Shown here: piece after piece, positions 24,268 through 34,291 of the stretch | Layout of the letters: every line of letters starts with the position of its first letter | Position numbering within the stretch: the first letter of the stretch is position 1 | IMG/VR virus record: IMGVR_UViG_3300032288_004702 | Span: 64,001-128,000 of that record | DNA from: a virus | DNA: 64,000 nucleotides | Reading direction: 5' to 3' (one strand) | The notes under the pieces: generated by a model | Databases searched by the model: none | What the model saw: the letters and a program-made list of their open reading frames with translations, nothing else | What the model was told of the DNA's origin: nothing | Translations under genes and position numbers: made by a program

Positions 24268-24727
24268 TTTTTTTATACTTTTTCTTATTGTTGCGCTTGC
24301 GGATTAAGTCCTCAATCTGATTAAGAATCTTATCTTCTGCGTCAAGCTTTTCCATCAAAGTCATTGTGCTGCTATTGATGATTCTAATTTTTTCGTAGGC
24401 GTTTTCTAGGTAATTTACGCCAACCGTTCGCCACCTAAATTCCCTGTAATGGGCGGCAGCCTCAATCATTGCCTTTACGCCTGCCTCGGTAACTAACCAA
24501 GTATTCGCATCTATGCGCTCAATCAAACCAGCTTTTCTTAGTTTGTTTGCTGGGACTAGAAAGTCTTGATTTGTTTTTTCGTTAGGGAACAGGCCACTCA
24601 AGCATCTTTTTATCTCTTGAGTAGTGAACTTGCATTTTCTCGATGTCCCGTAATAGAGAATTGTATAAGCCCTGCTTTTATAGGGGAATACGGGCCTTGC
24701 GCTTGTGACAATCCGCGAAGAAACCAT
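24254..24727 (-). CDS. Hypothetical protein, possible winged helix
   Basis: LRKAGLIERIDANTWLVTEAG. Confidence 0.5.
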   Translation of the reverse strand: MVSSRIVTSARPVFPYKSRAYTILYYGTSRKCKFTTQEIKRCLSGLFPNEKTNQDFLVPANKLRKAGLIERIDANTWLVTEAGVKAMIEAAAHYREFRWRTVGVNYLENAYEKIRIINSSTMTLMEKLDAEDKILNQIEDLIRKRNNKKKYKKITPV

Positions 24728-24742
24728 GCAGCGGAACTTTAC

Positions 24743-25195
24743 CTAGAATGGAGCCGATTCACTACCTTGTTCTGAAACTTCTGCTTGCTCATTGATGCTC
24801 GACCTGAGCATAGATATAGCACGCAAAAAGTTATGTATATCAGGTTGCTCTAAAATTGATTTGTTGTTACATCTGTAGACATTTTGGCGATTGACTTTTG
24901 TCTTTGTAATTAGCCCTGAATTAATCAACTGCTTAACTGTTTTATCAATCATCGTTTCACTTAGGTCCAGATAAACAGATATGGCCCTGATTGTCATTGT
25001 TGGGTCTTCGATAATCGCTGAAAGAACACGGCCCGTCGTTGACAGAAGACTTACTTCATGTTCCTTGTGGTATCTAAGTATTTTTTTGCTGTCTAGCGTT
25101 TGCATCACTTTTTCTATAGTGACGTCATTTCCGCCTTCTTGAGCAATGGCTTCTTCCAGTGCTTTTTTAATATCTTCGACTTTTTGAGACCTCAA
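24743..25195 (-). CDS. Winged-helix DNA-binding protein
   Basis: PTMTIRAISVYLDLSETMIDKTVKQLINSGLI...RQNVY. Confidence 0.7.
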   Translation of the reverse strand: MRSQKVEDIKKALEEAIAQEGGNDVTIEKVMQTLDSKKILRYHKEHEVSLLSTTGRVLSAIIEDPTMTIRAISVYLDLSETMIDKTVKQLINSGLITKTKVNRQNVYRCNNKSILEQPDIHNFLRAISMLRSSINEQAEVSEQGSESAPF

Positions 25196-25313
25196 GAGAT
25201 ACCTACACCCATGTAGTTTGATGGTGTACTATGTGAACAACGGTGTGAACATCATTGAGAGCACCACATAAAAGAACAATCACAATCCGACAATAGCAGG
25301 AAGAGGGGGGCGC

Positions 25314-25592
25314 GTGCTCAAAGATTCACTACAGAAACTTATTGACAATCCGGGCAGGGAGAGGGATTGCAAACTTGGGAATATTATTAATTCCCTTGAT
25401 AAAGATACCGCCACAATTCTTGTCGACGCCTTAAAAAGCGACGCTTCGACAATGGGAATAGTGCGAGCCCTGAAGGATGAAGGTCTTCCGGTCAGCAGGG
25501 AGTACTTGGGCGAAAAAAGGAATACGTGCTTCAAGGCCGGTTCCCCAAGCTGCTGCCTAACTCAGACTGAAGCGAAAACAGAGGTAAAGTAA
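25314..25592 (+). CDS. Hypothetical protein
   Basis: 92 aa with RBS GAAGAGGGGG. Confidence 0.6.
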   Translation: MLKDSLQKLIDNPGRERDCKLGNIINSLDKDTATILVDALKSDASTMGIVRALKDEGLPVSREYLGEKRNTCFKAGSPSCCLTQTEAKTEVK

Positions 25593-26806
25593 TGTCAACA
25601 AAAAAAGATGGGCTTAAATCAACTCTTAAAAATATTGCCGATAGCGCTAATCGGGAGTCGAACAGCAAAAAGGTCCTCAATGACATTGCGGCCATGCTGG
25701 AACGCAAAGGCATCGACCCCAGCGAAGTGGGGAACATACAAAAGGTATCCCTCTATCAGTCGGTAACAAAGAACCCAGATACAGGGGAAGCAATTGTTCA
25801 CGACCTGCAGGCAATCCAGTTTAGTCCTTCTTGGGAAACCGGACCGCAGTGGCCCGTTATCCAGCAAGGCCCCAAAATACAACTACAAAAGCCAAGGACA
25901 AAATCGGGCACCCCAAAGCAGTGGGAAACGGCAGTCATCGTCCCTGATATACAAATAGGTTTCTACCGCAAATCAATAGATTCTGTAGAGCTTGAGCCAA
26001 TTCATGACGAGTCAGCAATAGCTGTTGCCCTTGCCGTTATTGAGGAAATGAACCCAGACCAAGTTGTAATGGTCGGCGACAACCTCGATTTCGCCGAATT
26101 AGGCAAATATCTCACTGCCGCACCATTTAAACAGATGCTTCAGGCGTCTATCGATAGGGCAACAATGCTTTGCGCCCAAATGAGGGCAGCCGCACCAAAT
26201 GCGAAAATCACTTGGATTGCTGGCAACCACGAAGCAAGAATGGCTAGATATATCCAAACGAATGCAGAAGCGGCATTTGGAATCACTAGAGGCAAGGCAA
26301 ACGATGAACTCCGCGAGGGGTGGCCAGTGATGTCTGTACCATTCCTGTGCCGAATGGACGAATTTGGCGTTGATTACCTGCCCGGATACCCGGAATCAGC
26401 CCACTATTTGAACTCAAATCTTGTCGTTGTACACGGTGACAAAGTTGTATCAAACAACTCAACCACTAAAAAGTACCTAGACAACGAAAGAATTTCGGTG
26501 ATATACGGACACATCCACCGCAACGAGCTTGCCTACCGCACCTATCGGACCGACCAGGGGCCACGGACAATTATGGCCGCAAGCCCTGGTTGTCTCTGCA
26601 GGGTGGACGGCGCTGTTCCCTCCACGAAATCTGGAATGGATGAATTCGGTAGGCCAATTCTCCAGGGAGCAGAGAACTGGCAGCAAGGACTAGGTGTAGT
26701 TACCTATCAGCCATTCGGCTCCGGAAACGAGTGGTTCAACTATGAGCCAATGTGGATATACAAGGGCAGAGGAATTCTTCGAGGCAAGGAATACGTCGCA
26801 GAATGA
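25592..26806 (+). CDS. Calcineurin-like metallophosphoesterase
   Basis: PDIQ, GDNLD, GNHE, HGD, GHIHR motifs. Confidence 0.85.
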   Translation: MSTKKDGLKSTLKNIADSANRESNSKKVLNDIAAMLERKGIDPSEVGNIQKVSLYQSVTKNPDTGEAIVHDLQAIQFSPSWETGPQWPVIQQGPKIQLQKPRTKSGTPKQWETAVIVPDIQIGFYRKSIDSVELEPIHDESAIAVALAVIEEMNPDQVVMVGDNLDFAELGKYLTAAPFKQMLQASIDRATMLCAQMRAAAPNAKITWIAGNHEARMARYIQTNAEAAFGITRGKANDELREGWPVMSVPFLCRMDEFGVDYLPGYPESAHYLNSNLVVVHGDKVVSNNSTTKKYLDNERISVIYGHIHRNELAYRTYRTDQGPRTIMAASPGCLCRVDGAVPSTKSGMDEFGRPILQGAENWQQGLGVVTYQPFGSGNEWFNYEPMWIYKGRGILRGKEYVAE

Positions 26807-27042
26807 GCCAAGATGAGCCTTTCGATTACGAGAGGTACACAGAGCAAGACCTTTACAGGGACCTAGAAGTTCTCAGGAAAGCTGGAATTATCCAAATAGA
26901 GGGTATCTCGGACGACGGTCAGTGGCTGTATAGCATGACCGAAGTCGGCAAAGAACTCATGACTAATTCGATTGACGAGAACTACGAAGTACTTGCACGT
27001 ATATTCGAGAGCATTGAAAGAATCGATGAACAGGACGAGTAA
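26803..27042 (+). CDS. Hypothetical protein
   Basis: MSQDEPFDY...; start overlaps the upstream stop. Confidence 0.55.
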   Translation: MSQDEPFDYERYTEQDLYRDLEVLRKAGIIQIEGISDDGQWLYSMTEVGKELMTNSIDENYEVLARIFESIERIDEQDE

Positions 27043-27047
27043 AACAA

Positions 27048-27680
27048 ATGACAACAGTTATAGCGATACAAGGAGAAGGATTCGCAGTCCTCGCATCTGA
27101 TACAAGAATCACGTCCTTCTCCGACGATGGGCCCGCATATCACATGGCCACGCTTGGGTCTGGGGTATCCAAGATAGCCACAAACGGCAAATACCTAATA
27201 GGGACAGCTGGTGACCTTAGGGCCATAAACCTTCTCACCCACGCCTTCTCCCCGCCACCCGCTCCGGTTGGCATAAAAGGCAAGAAGCTCGACCAGTTTA
27301 TTACAGCTAAATTTATCCCATCGCTGAGAGCATGCTTTGACCTGCACGGCTACTCGCCCCCGGAAAACAAAGAGAATAAGAATCACAACGCCGAGCAGGG
27401 CTCGTCAATTCTTCTCGTTGTCAATGCCACTATTTACATGATTGACAACGACTACTCCTGGCTAAGCGATGCTTCTGGCTACTATGCAGTAGGCAGTGGT
27501 TCGGACTACGCGCTCGGAGCCGTGAATGCCCTTGCTGGAGGCAAGAAACTTTCCCCAGTTCAGGCAAAAGGTATTTGCCTCAAGGCCCTTAGTATCTCTG
27601 CCAAGCTAGACCCACATACCGGCTCTCCGTACCACACGTACATCCAGACAATGGAACCAAAGACGCCGGCCAAGAAGTAA
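27048..27680 (+). CDS. Ntn-hydrolase, proteasome beta/HslV-like peptidase
   Basis: N-terminal (M)TT, ASDTRIT, SKI, GTAG, AVGSGSDYALGA. Confidence 0.8.
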   Translation: MTTVIAIQGEGFAVLASDTRITSFSDDGPAYHMATLGSGVSKIATNGKYLIGTAGDLRAINLLTHAFSPPPAPVGIKGKKLDQFITAKFIPSLRACFDLHGYSPPENKENKNHNAEQGSSILLVVNATIYMIDNDYSWLSDASGYYAVGSGSDYALGAVNALAGGKKLSPVQAKGICLKALSISAKLDPHTGSPYHTYIQTMEPKTPAKK

Positions 27681-27692
27681 GTAGATAAATTT

Positions 27693-27950
27693 ATGAGCGA
27701 AACAACATGGACATGGCTACTTTTCTTGATGGAAATAGTAGGCGTATACGGAAGCTATACCGTCGGGAACAAGCGGTGGCACGGGCACATGATTGTCGCG
27801 CTCCACTCATTCCCATGGGCTATCTACTCGATATTGTTTGACAAGCCAGGCTTTCTTGCTATGTGGCTTCTATGGCAGTGGGTCCACTGGAGAAACATGT
27901 ACAAGTGGCTCAAGGACGGAAAACAAGGCCCTGCCCCACACGGACATTAG
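27693..27950 (+). CDS. Small multi-TM membrane protein
   Basis: Trp-rich hydrophobic helices. Confidence 0.6.
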   Translation: MSETTWTWLLFLMEIVGVYGSYTVGNKRWHGHMIVALHSFPWAIYSILFDKPGFLAMWLLWQWVHWRNMYKWLKDGKQGPAPHGH

Positions 27951-28214
27951 ATAAATCTATCTGCGAAGTAGATTTACTTTTGCTATAAGGGCTACTAGCG
28001 ATATTGCTATTAGATGCATATGACCTCCGCATAGATAGTACTCAGGTCATTTAGCGCTAATCGCACCAAACATGTAGACATTCGGCACGACCCCTGGACC
28101 AAATAGGGGTAAGGCAGAGTAGATAAGTGTCAGTAGGGACAAGGCAGGGCATAAAACGCTGCCAAAAACATGCGCCGCATCATTCCTTCCACGTTTCTGA
28201 ATTCCGCGTAAGCC

Positions 28215-28301
28215 TCATATGCCAAATACACGGAGTAACAGAGAAGCTATAGGAACTACATAGAGGGAGATAAAGACAATCTCCTTTTTTGCTTTCTTCA
28301 C
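28215..28301 (-). CDS. 28-aa single-TM peptide
   Basis: AAAGGAGG RBS then GTG: MKKAKKEIVFISLYVVPIASLLLRVFGI. Confidence 0.45.
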   Translation of the reverse strand: MKKAKKEIVFISLYVVPIASLLLRVFGI

Positions 28302-28471
28302 CCAAGACCTCCTTTGTTGGCTGGTTGCCTCAGATAGTGCCGGGAATTTCCTCTAGCGCATACTCCACCTACCACAAAAGACACAAAAACTACTAGACAC
28401 GCACGACACCACACTTATGGTGTAGAAATATAAAAGGAGAGAAAAAAGGGGAGATTTCTCAGGAGACTCAC

Positions 28472-28822
28472 TTGTCAGACGCCGGCAAAAAGCCCACACA
28501 AAAATCACCCAATAAAAATGGGCAACCAGATACAGGACTAGATATACCTCGTAAGTCTTGGTTTGACCTTGCTAGTTGCAAAGGGAAAACCGAACTTATG
28601 TTTCCCAAACAACATAAGGACATTACATACATTGCGCAGGCGCGAGCCATCTGCAAATCATGCCCAGTGAAGAAGGAGTGTTTGGAGTACGCCCTAGAGT
28701 TCCCACCGGCAGATATGCATGGGGTATGGGCTGGTTTGACTAGTAGGCAGCTGGCGGCCGAACAGCGAAGACGCAAGATAAAGCCAACCCGACCAACCCT
28801 TGCACAGATGTGGGGGGACTAG
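28472..28822 (+). CDS. whiB: WhiB-family transcription factor
   Basis: C..(ASCKG)..CKSCPVKKECLEYAL..HGVWAGLT: four Cys plus a GVWxG turn. Confidence 0.92.
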   Translation: MSDAGKKPTQKSPNKNGQPDTGLDIPRKSWFDLASCKGKTELMFPKQHKDITYIAQARAICKSCPVKKECLEYALEFPPADMHGVWAGLTSRQLAAEQRRRKIKPTRPTLAQMWGD

Positions 28823-28905
28823 TGATTGGGACCCTGGTTACATTCGCAGTGGTAATCGCCGGCATTATCTATATGGAGAGAGGGCTCTTCAAAGATAAAG
28901 ACTAG

Positions 28906-28980
28906 TGGAGCCCTCGGTCAGGATTGAACTGACGACCTACCGCTTACAAGGCGGTTGCTCTACCACTGAGCTACAAGGGC
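28906..28980 (-). tRNA. tRNA-Thr (TGT)
   Basis: GCCCTTGTAGCTCAGTGGTAGAGCAACCGCCT-TGT-AAGCGGTAGGTCGTCAGTTCAATCCTGACCGAGGGCTCCA: cloverleaf with encoded CCA. Confidence 0.95.
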
Positions 28981-29165
28981 AAGTGTCAGGCAGAAGCCAA
29001 AGGTTCGAACAATGCACCCACCTGACAGGGGAATGGTAGCGCAGGAATAATCAAATCATCAACCGAATAAAGACGCAAAAAGGGCTGGAAAGTTACCGCC
29101 CGCGTCGGATTTTCAAATTTTTTAAAATTTTGTAATTGCTAATTACCGATTGTCAAGAGTTGCGG

Positions 29166-29510
29166 CTACTGAATTCTCAGATTGCAAGTCTCACAAAATT
29201 GCATGTCATTTAATTGGGTAATTTTTTTGTCGCACTCTTTTTTGCCGCACGGCTGCAGGATGTGCTCTCCCCGGATGTAGGCCAGCACGGTCTCTTCTAC
29301 TGTGGGGATAGAGAACTGTGCGGAGCCGGCGTTGGGTATCCCCTTGTCAGCCCGGATGAATTCCCAGACGGCGTACAAGATGACGTCATTTACTGCTAAA
29401 CCCTTTTTGCGGGCATAGTCGATTATCTCGTTTTTCTGTTTGCCCTTCATGCGGACATTCAAGACGACGTACTTATCTACAAAGCGCGTCTTTTCTGCGC
29501 GCCGGCCCAT
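29166..29510 (-). CDS. Ribbon-helix-helix-like protein with C-terminal Cys cluster
   Basis: VVLNVRMKGKQKNEIIDYARKKGLAVNDVI; C..C..CETC. Confidence 0.6.
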   Translation of the reverse strand: MGRRAEKTRFVDKYVVLNVRMKGKQKNEIIDYARKKGLAVNDVILYAVWEFIRADKGIPNAGSAQFSIPTVEETVLAYIRGEHILQPCGKKECDKKITQLNDMQFCETCNLRIQ

Positions 29511-29674
29511 CAGCTGTCGCGTTCGACTAGGGCTTTGATGTAGTCAGTGAGGGTGAGGTCTACTGCCTCCGCCTGGGCAATGAGTTTTTCTTTGAACTCT
29601 TTACTTACTCGGAGAGTGAGGGTGACTACCGGTTTTGTTGGTTGTGTAACAGGGCGGCCGGGATTGCGCTTCAT
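29510..29674 (-). CDS. Small ribbon-helix-helix protein
   Basis: Hand translation MKRNPGRP...VTLTLRVSKEFKEKLIAQAEAVDLTLTDYIKALVERDS. Confidence 0.7.
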   Translation of the reverse strand: MKRNPGRPVTQPTKPVVTLTLRVSKEFKEKLIAQAEAVDLTLTDYIKALVERDS

Positions 29675-29846
29675 GCCCCGAATTTACTGCAATACGAATA
29701 GCCTCATTGCAACAACGATGCAAAACACGCATACTAGCCTAAAGAACAAATCAAAAGGGGAGTACATTATTTTCCAAATCAAAGTTGTGGAACAAATGAG
29801 AGCAAGTATTTTGAGAAACAACATTTGGGCAACTCCAATTGGGTAA

Positions 29847-30341
29847 TTATTTTTGGGCAATCTTTTTTGACGGGGGGTCTGGTACAGCGTACTTATCTCC
29901 CTCGAGCTGGGAGACAATCTTTTCGTACATCGAGCAGAATGCTGCCCTGTCTGCATTGGTGTGGAGGTTATAGGCAGACTGGCCCATTGCCTGAACGGTT
30001 TTAGAGAGTGCCTCTGATACCTCTATGGACGGAGGCATACCAGAGTTGACCTCCTGGGATAGGGTAATCCATTTACCCCAAGCAATAAGGGGGTCATCGA
30101 ATGGGGGTATTTTTGTGGTGTTATCAATTGTGGCTTTTCTGAGCTCACCTGGTCGGGGCATAAAGTCTCGAGTTACTGCCATATTGCGGAAAGAGCGCTT
30201 GACATCTGCGAGCTCGAGGTCGTGCAGGAGCTCGTACCATGCATTGAGGAGAGCCTGAACCTCTTCGTCCTTTGTGGGCATCTCTAGGCGGTAGGTGGCA
30301 TAGGCCTGGTCTACTAGCTCTACCAGCTCTGACTTGTTCAT
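29847..30341 (-). CDS. Replicative helicase loader/inhibitor (SPP1 G39P-like)
   Basis: AWYELLHDLE...FMPRPGELR motif. Confidence 0.6.
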   Translation of the reverse strand: MNKSELVELVDQAYATYRLEMPTKDEEVQALLNAWYELLHDLELADVKRSFRNMAVTRDFMPRPGELRKATIDNTTKIPPFDDPLIAWGKWITLSQEVNSGMPPSIEVSEALSKTVQAMGQSAYNLHTNADRAAFCSMYEKIVSQLEGDKYAVPDPPSKKIAQK

Positions 30342-30721
30342 TCGTTTGCCCAGTTAGATTTAGCTGATTTATTGCCGGCGTCGTACAGCTCCTGGAACTT
30401 CTCTACATGAGCTGCATCTCGGAATATGACGGATATGTCATTGTAGGCAGTCTTCTGTTTGTTCTTCCCCATATGGAAGTCTGACAGTGCACAGCCGGCG
30501 ATGGCCTCTTTGCAGCCCTCGACGTTGTATACGGCGATTGCCCATCTGAGGTCTCTCTCGCGCTTGATGTCGAGCTGGGCGCGCTTCTTGCCCATTGTGT
30601 GCTTCCAGTATTCGAAGACTTCCAGCACCAGAGGGAAAGCTACTTTCTTTCCAATCTCTACTTTGTTCTTATTGTGGGCATTTGGCCCACGCCCCTTCTT
30701 TTCAGTACTCATCTTGTCCAA
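30338..30721 (-). CDS. Phage replication-initiator C-terminal-like protein
   Basis: VFEYW...CKEAIAG...FHMGKN...IFRDA.HVEKF; lies upstream of the G39P-like gene. Confidence 0.5.
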   Translation of the reverse strand: MDKMSTEKKGRGPNAHNKNKVEIGKKVAFPLVLEVFEYWKHTMGKKRAQLDIKRERDLRWAIAVYNVEGCKEAIAGCALSDFHMGKNKQKTAYNDISVIFRDAAHVEKFQELYDAGNKSAKSNWANE

Positions 30722-31161
30722 TCTAGTTGAAGTCTTCCGCCACCGTCAAACAAATTCGGGAAAATCTGATTTTGGACAGACTTCACCTTAAGTCCCTTTG
30801 TCACTTTGGTAGGAGATTTAACTCTCGTTATTTCCGTGAATGGAATCTATTGCCGCTTGGCCAGTAAAGATACTTTGGAGGGGGGTTCGGGGGGAACCTT
30901 TACAAATGTTTTGCAAAAGGGCAACCCGAAAAACACCTCCCCTCGAAGGTGTCGAAAAATTCTGTAGGCGTGACGCTGGCCGGCGTCTGGAAATTTCCAA
31001 TTTCGCTCTATCGAGCTAGATGGTCGATGACGATAGCAGGCTCTTCCACCACCGTCAACCACTACCCGGGGATTTTTTATTTTTCTCCACGGCCGCCGGG
31101 CCGGCGCGGAAAAATCTGACAAAACTTGCAAGCACGACTAATTACATCGTGGTAAGTTAGC

Positions 31162-31260
31162 GGGGCTTCTTACGGGTTCCCCCTTTCGCCCGGAAAGAAG
31201 TAGCCCCCGGGTTGAGTTCGTTGATGGGTTGGTAGGTGGCCGTCTTCGACTCCCCGGGGG
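31162..31260 (+). ncRNA. Candidate two-hairpin small RNA
   Basis: Follows TGG-TAAGTT; loops TTCCCCCTTTCG and GTTGGTAGGTGG; a G-U pair favours the + strand. Confidence 0.5.
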
Positions 31261-31274
31261 CACCTTCGCTTTAT

Positions 31275-31691
31275 CTACTCTCCACCCCAGTAGTCTTTGT
31301 TCTTTTTCTTGCTGCTGTGCCGCGGGAGGAATTTTGATGATGCTGCTTCCTGCTGCAGCTGCGCCTGCCGCTGAGCTGCACGTGGGTCTGAGAGTTTGGC
31401 AAGAATTTCCTTGGTCTCGCCATCGAGGCCGCCACCGACAGTCTTCGAGTAATTCGACGGGTGCTCCATCCGGTTGCGTGCTTTTTCTTTTATTTCCTCT
31501 TCGAGAAGAAATTGCTGCAGCTCTAGCTCGAGCAGGGTTTGTGCGTTTTTTTCGATATTCCGCGGATTCGTCAGTGTCCGGTATTTAAATCTATCCAGGT
31601 ACCTGCCGGCGACGCCGGCCATGGCAGCAATAAAAACGATAATTGTTGCAACTGCTGCCGCGGTGAGAATCATTGAGATAAATGTGTTCAT
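31275..31691 (-). CDS. Membrane-anchored hypothetical protein
   Basis: N-terminal TM helix; RBS AAAGGA; stop lies inside GTAGATAA. Confidence 0.6.
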   Translation of the reverse strand: MNTFISMILTAAAVATIIVFIAAMAGVAGRYLDRFKYRTLTNPRNIEKNAQTLLELELQQFLLEEEIKEKARNRMEHPSNYSKTVGGGLDGETKEILAKLSDPRAAQRQAQLQQEAASSKFLPRHSSKKKNKDYWGGE

Positions 31692-31964
31692 GATTGTTTT
31701 TTCCTTTGTTCAAATTTATTGATTATTTCTTCCAGACGGCCGTCGTTTACTCGAGGGACCAGCCAGAAAAAGAACCAGAAGACCATGGCCATGTATGAGA
31801 AAAATGCAATTTTCATTCGCCGACCTCGTCGAGGTATGAGTCCCTAAGACCATCGCAATAATCCTGATATTGCGCTTTTATCTCGGCCTCACGTAGAAGA
31901 TGGTCATCCCGACGGCTTTCCTCAAAAGCCAGGAATTCTGCATTGATGTTTTCAGGGCCCATGG

Positions 31965-32237
31965 TTACCTGCCGGCGGCCAGAAGTTCTTCGTGTTTTTC
32001 CACAGTTTCTAGATACGTGTCGACTACACGTATGAAAGTCGCAGAGAAAACCATCCGTGTAGCCATCGACATATCGTCGATTTTTTCGAATATTCCCCCC
32101 ATGACAAGAAGCTTCTGTCTAACCGCATCCAGATTTTCTGCACGCTCTTCAGGAGCATAGGGATTACCAGTTATCTCGTCATAGAGAATTGCATCTTGCA
32201 ACTTTTCGGCGAGGAGCTCTGAGTTAAAGTTTTCCAT
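31965..32237 (-). CDS. Hypothetical protein
   Basis: 90 aa ORF. Confidence 0.55.
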   Translation of the reverse strand: MENFNSELLAEKLQDAILYDEITGNPYAPEERAENLDAVRQKLLVMGGIFEKIDDMSMATRMVFSATFIRVVDTYLETVEKHEELLAAGR

Positions 32238-32265
32238 TTATCTAGTACCTGTCTTTTGAAGTTAT

Positions 32266-32529
32266 CTACTGGCCGCGCCGGCCGCGAAAACTTTTCCTTT
32301 TTTTGATTTTGTAGCCGGCGAGCTCGAGCTCTTCGATTACATGTGCTGGGATTCCCGCCCAAACGACGACACCTTTATGTACCAGTGCACGTGCGATTGC
32401 TGCCTGCTTTCCTGGGAGTTCATCAATTCGTTGATGGAGCGCTGCCGGCGTGACGGGGTGTCTTGGAATCGGAGAGCTATTAAAAACTTCCCAGGGGTCA
32501 ATGTCTTCGCGGTCTTCCACCACCGTCAA
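32266..32529 (-). CDS. Hypothetical protein
   Basis: 87 aa; stop lies inside GTAGATAA; start uncertain. Confidence 0.5.
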   Translation of the reverse strand: MTVVEDREDIDPWEVFNSSPIPRHPVTPAALHQRIDELPGKQAAIARALVHKGVVVWAGIPAHVIEELELAGYKIKKRKSFRGRRGQ

Positions 32530-32538
32530 TCCCTTTCC

Positions 32539-33228
32539 TTAGATGTCTTTGGTTAAATCTAACAGAAACCAGCCACGTTCCCACATCATGCCGATAGCCG
32601 AGTATCCGATGATGTCGGTGTATGTATCTGTTAGAGATTCATTGGCCGCCTTGCCGCTGCGCGCCAGATGCAGATTCTTCAATCTTGCGATTTTGTCATG
32701 TGTCCGGACAACCAGGCCTCGACGTCCAAAACGTGCAATATTGTGATGTCCGTAATCTGACTGCTTTCGAATCAGGGTTTCTGTGATGTCTTCCCGAATC
32801 ATCCAACTATCGAAGACGCCGGCTGCGGATGCTGAATTATTTGAAATTTCTGGATGGCCGCCAGGGCCGCGGGACGGAAATAAATTCCCGTTTTTCATCC
32901 CAACAGCTGCAGCTATAGAACCGAGAATTCTCCATTCTTCAACCCAGTACATCTCGTCCGCCTGAAACCAGTCCATGGTCTGGACCATTCCCTCAAAATG
33001 GTTATCTACCATCGAGAGTCCCTCGAGTACAGAATTTAAAAAATCGTCGATTTCTGCCGCCGGGCCGCTCGAGCTGATAATTCTCTTTTTTCCGTTTTCT
33101 TCAAAGTTCCGGAGGTGCACCAGGGGTGCATCCGCTCTATTGAAAATCTCAGAAACGCAGATTGCTGCAGCTTCTTGCCAGCTCCTTGGGTGCTCTGGTT
33201 CGAGCTCTTCCACCACCGTCAACATCAT
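32539..33228 (-). CDS. DUF1599/Nmad1-like nucleotide-modification-associated domain protein
   Basis: RKQSDYG..NI...GLVVRTHDKIARLKNL...ESLTDTYTDIIGYS. Confidence 0.7.
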   Translation of the reverse strand: MMLTVVEELEPEHPRSWQEAAAICVSEIFNRADAPLVHLRNFEENGKKRIISSSGPAAEIDDFLNSVLEGLSMVDNHFEGMVQTMDWFQADEMYWVEEWRILGSIAAAVGMKNGNLFPSRGPGGHPEISNNSASAAGVFDSWMIREDITETLIRKQSDYGHHNIARFGRRGLVVRTHDKIARLKNLHLARSGKAANESLTDTYTDIIGYSAIGMMWERGWFLLDLTKDI

Positions 33229-33251
33229 TTATCTACCTTCGGACTTATCTA

Positions 33252-33713
33252 CTACTCCCCCGCCAGCAGGTCATCCCAGCTAGCAGGAGGGTTCGCCTTC
33301 ATTTCCACTCTAACCATTTCGGCCAGCTCTTCCAACTGCCCAACCCAGAAAGCGTCGGAAACTCCAGGGAGCCCCGTCTTTTTTTCCATTGAATCGACGC
33401 TGTCGAGGCGCTCTGCAATGAAATCACGGGAAAAGGCAGCGATGATTGATTTGTCCCCAGCTCCACGCATGAGTACTGGACCGCTTTGTCCATCCAAGGC
33501 CTCGGACGGAACATGTATCCCCGTCACAACATATTTGTTGTCATCTGTGAAAATGAAAATAATGTTGTTGTTCTCTTCGTCAACCAGGGAAAGCTGGCTA
33601 GCCACTTCGGCCGCCACGTCTTTCGAAATATCTGATTTTTCAAGCATCGCAATGAGCTCTTCTTTGTTGAATTTCTCTGAATTCCCCACTGGGTCCCAGT
33701 AGCTGTCTCTCAT
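33252..33713 (-). CDS. Hypothetical protein
   Basis: RBS AAAGGA before MRDSYW; stop lies inside GTAGATAA. Confidence 0.6.
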   Translation of the reverse strand: MRDSYWDPVGNSEKFNKEELIAMLEKSDISKDVAAEVASQLSLVDEENNNIIFIFTDDNKYVVTGIHVPSEALDGQSGPVLMRGAGDKSIIAAFSRDFIAERLDSVDSMEKKTGLPGVSDAFWVGQLEELAEMVRVEMKANPPASWDDLLAGE

Positions 33714-33879
33714 ATTTTTTCCTTTTTTATTTCGTCGATGGCCGACGTCGTTTCGACGAAGCCAGGGATATGTGCTGGTAAACCACATAAATCGCAAATT
33801 GCGTTTGTCGAGCTCTGGGTTGAGTTTTTGATTTTCTCAAAAAGAACAGAGCCGCACTCGAGGCATTCGTGTGCTGGCA

Positions 33880-34113
33880 TCAGGCTGGAGTCGCCGATGT
33901 CTCGAAAACCATGTAACCCTCAATGGCTGTGTGTCCCCAGTCGAGTGGGTCGCACTGAACAATGCCAGTAACCCACGCTCTTTTAGGCATGGGCGCTAGT
34001 GGGTCTTCGCCGATTTCTTTTCGGACTTTTTCTATTGCGTCACCAAGTGCACGCTGCGGTGATTCTGACTCAACATCAACACCGACCATTACCTGAACTC
34101 TGTAAGTAGGCAT
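33880..34113 (-). CDS. Hypothetical protein
   Basis: RBS GAGGAGGGG before MPTYRV. Confidence 0.55.
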   Translation of the reverse strand: MPTYRVQVMVGVDVESESPQRALGDAIEKVRKEIGEDPLAPMPKRAWVTGIVQCDPLDWGHTAIEGYMVFETSATPA

Positions 34114-34291
34114 TACCCCTCCTCGTATTCGCATTTTTGACCATCGCAGCTGCCGTACTGTCTGCAAAAAACTGAATAATTCAGGCAGTTCGGGTCACGT
34201 GAATCTTCCGCCTCAGGCTGGCTGCGCTCAGCTTTACGGCGTCCACGGGATTTACCTAGTTTGTAGACGACTAGGTGACTGACAAGTCCCA

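Noticed and set aside
28261-28355. Another anti-SD RNA (CCTCCTTTGTTGG)
   Set aside because: Better explained as the RBS and leader of the 28-aa minus-strand ORF at 28215-28301.
28984-29027. Second tRNA (GGTTCGAAC inside TGTCAGG...CCTGACA)
   Set aside because: Too short, and no D-arm or anticodon arm can be folded.
30780-31131. Replication origin or the ORF 30847..31131
   Set aside because: It lies next to replication genes but shows no iterons; the ORF spans promoter motifs and has no convincing RBS.
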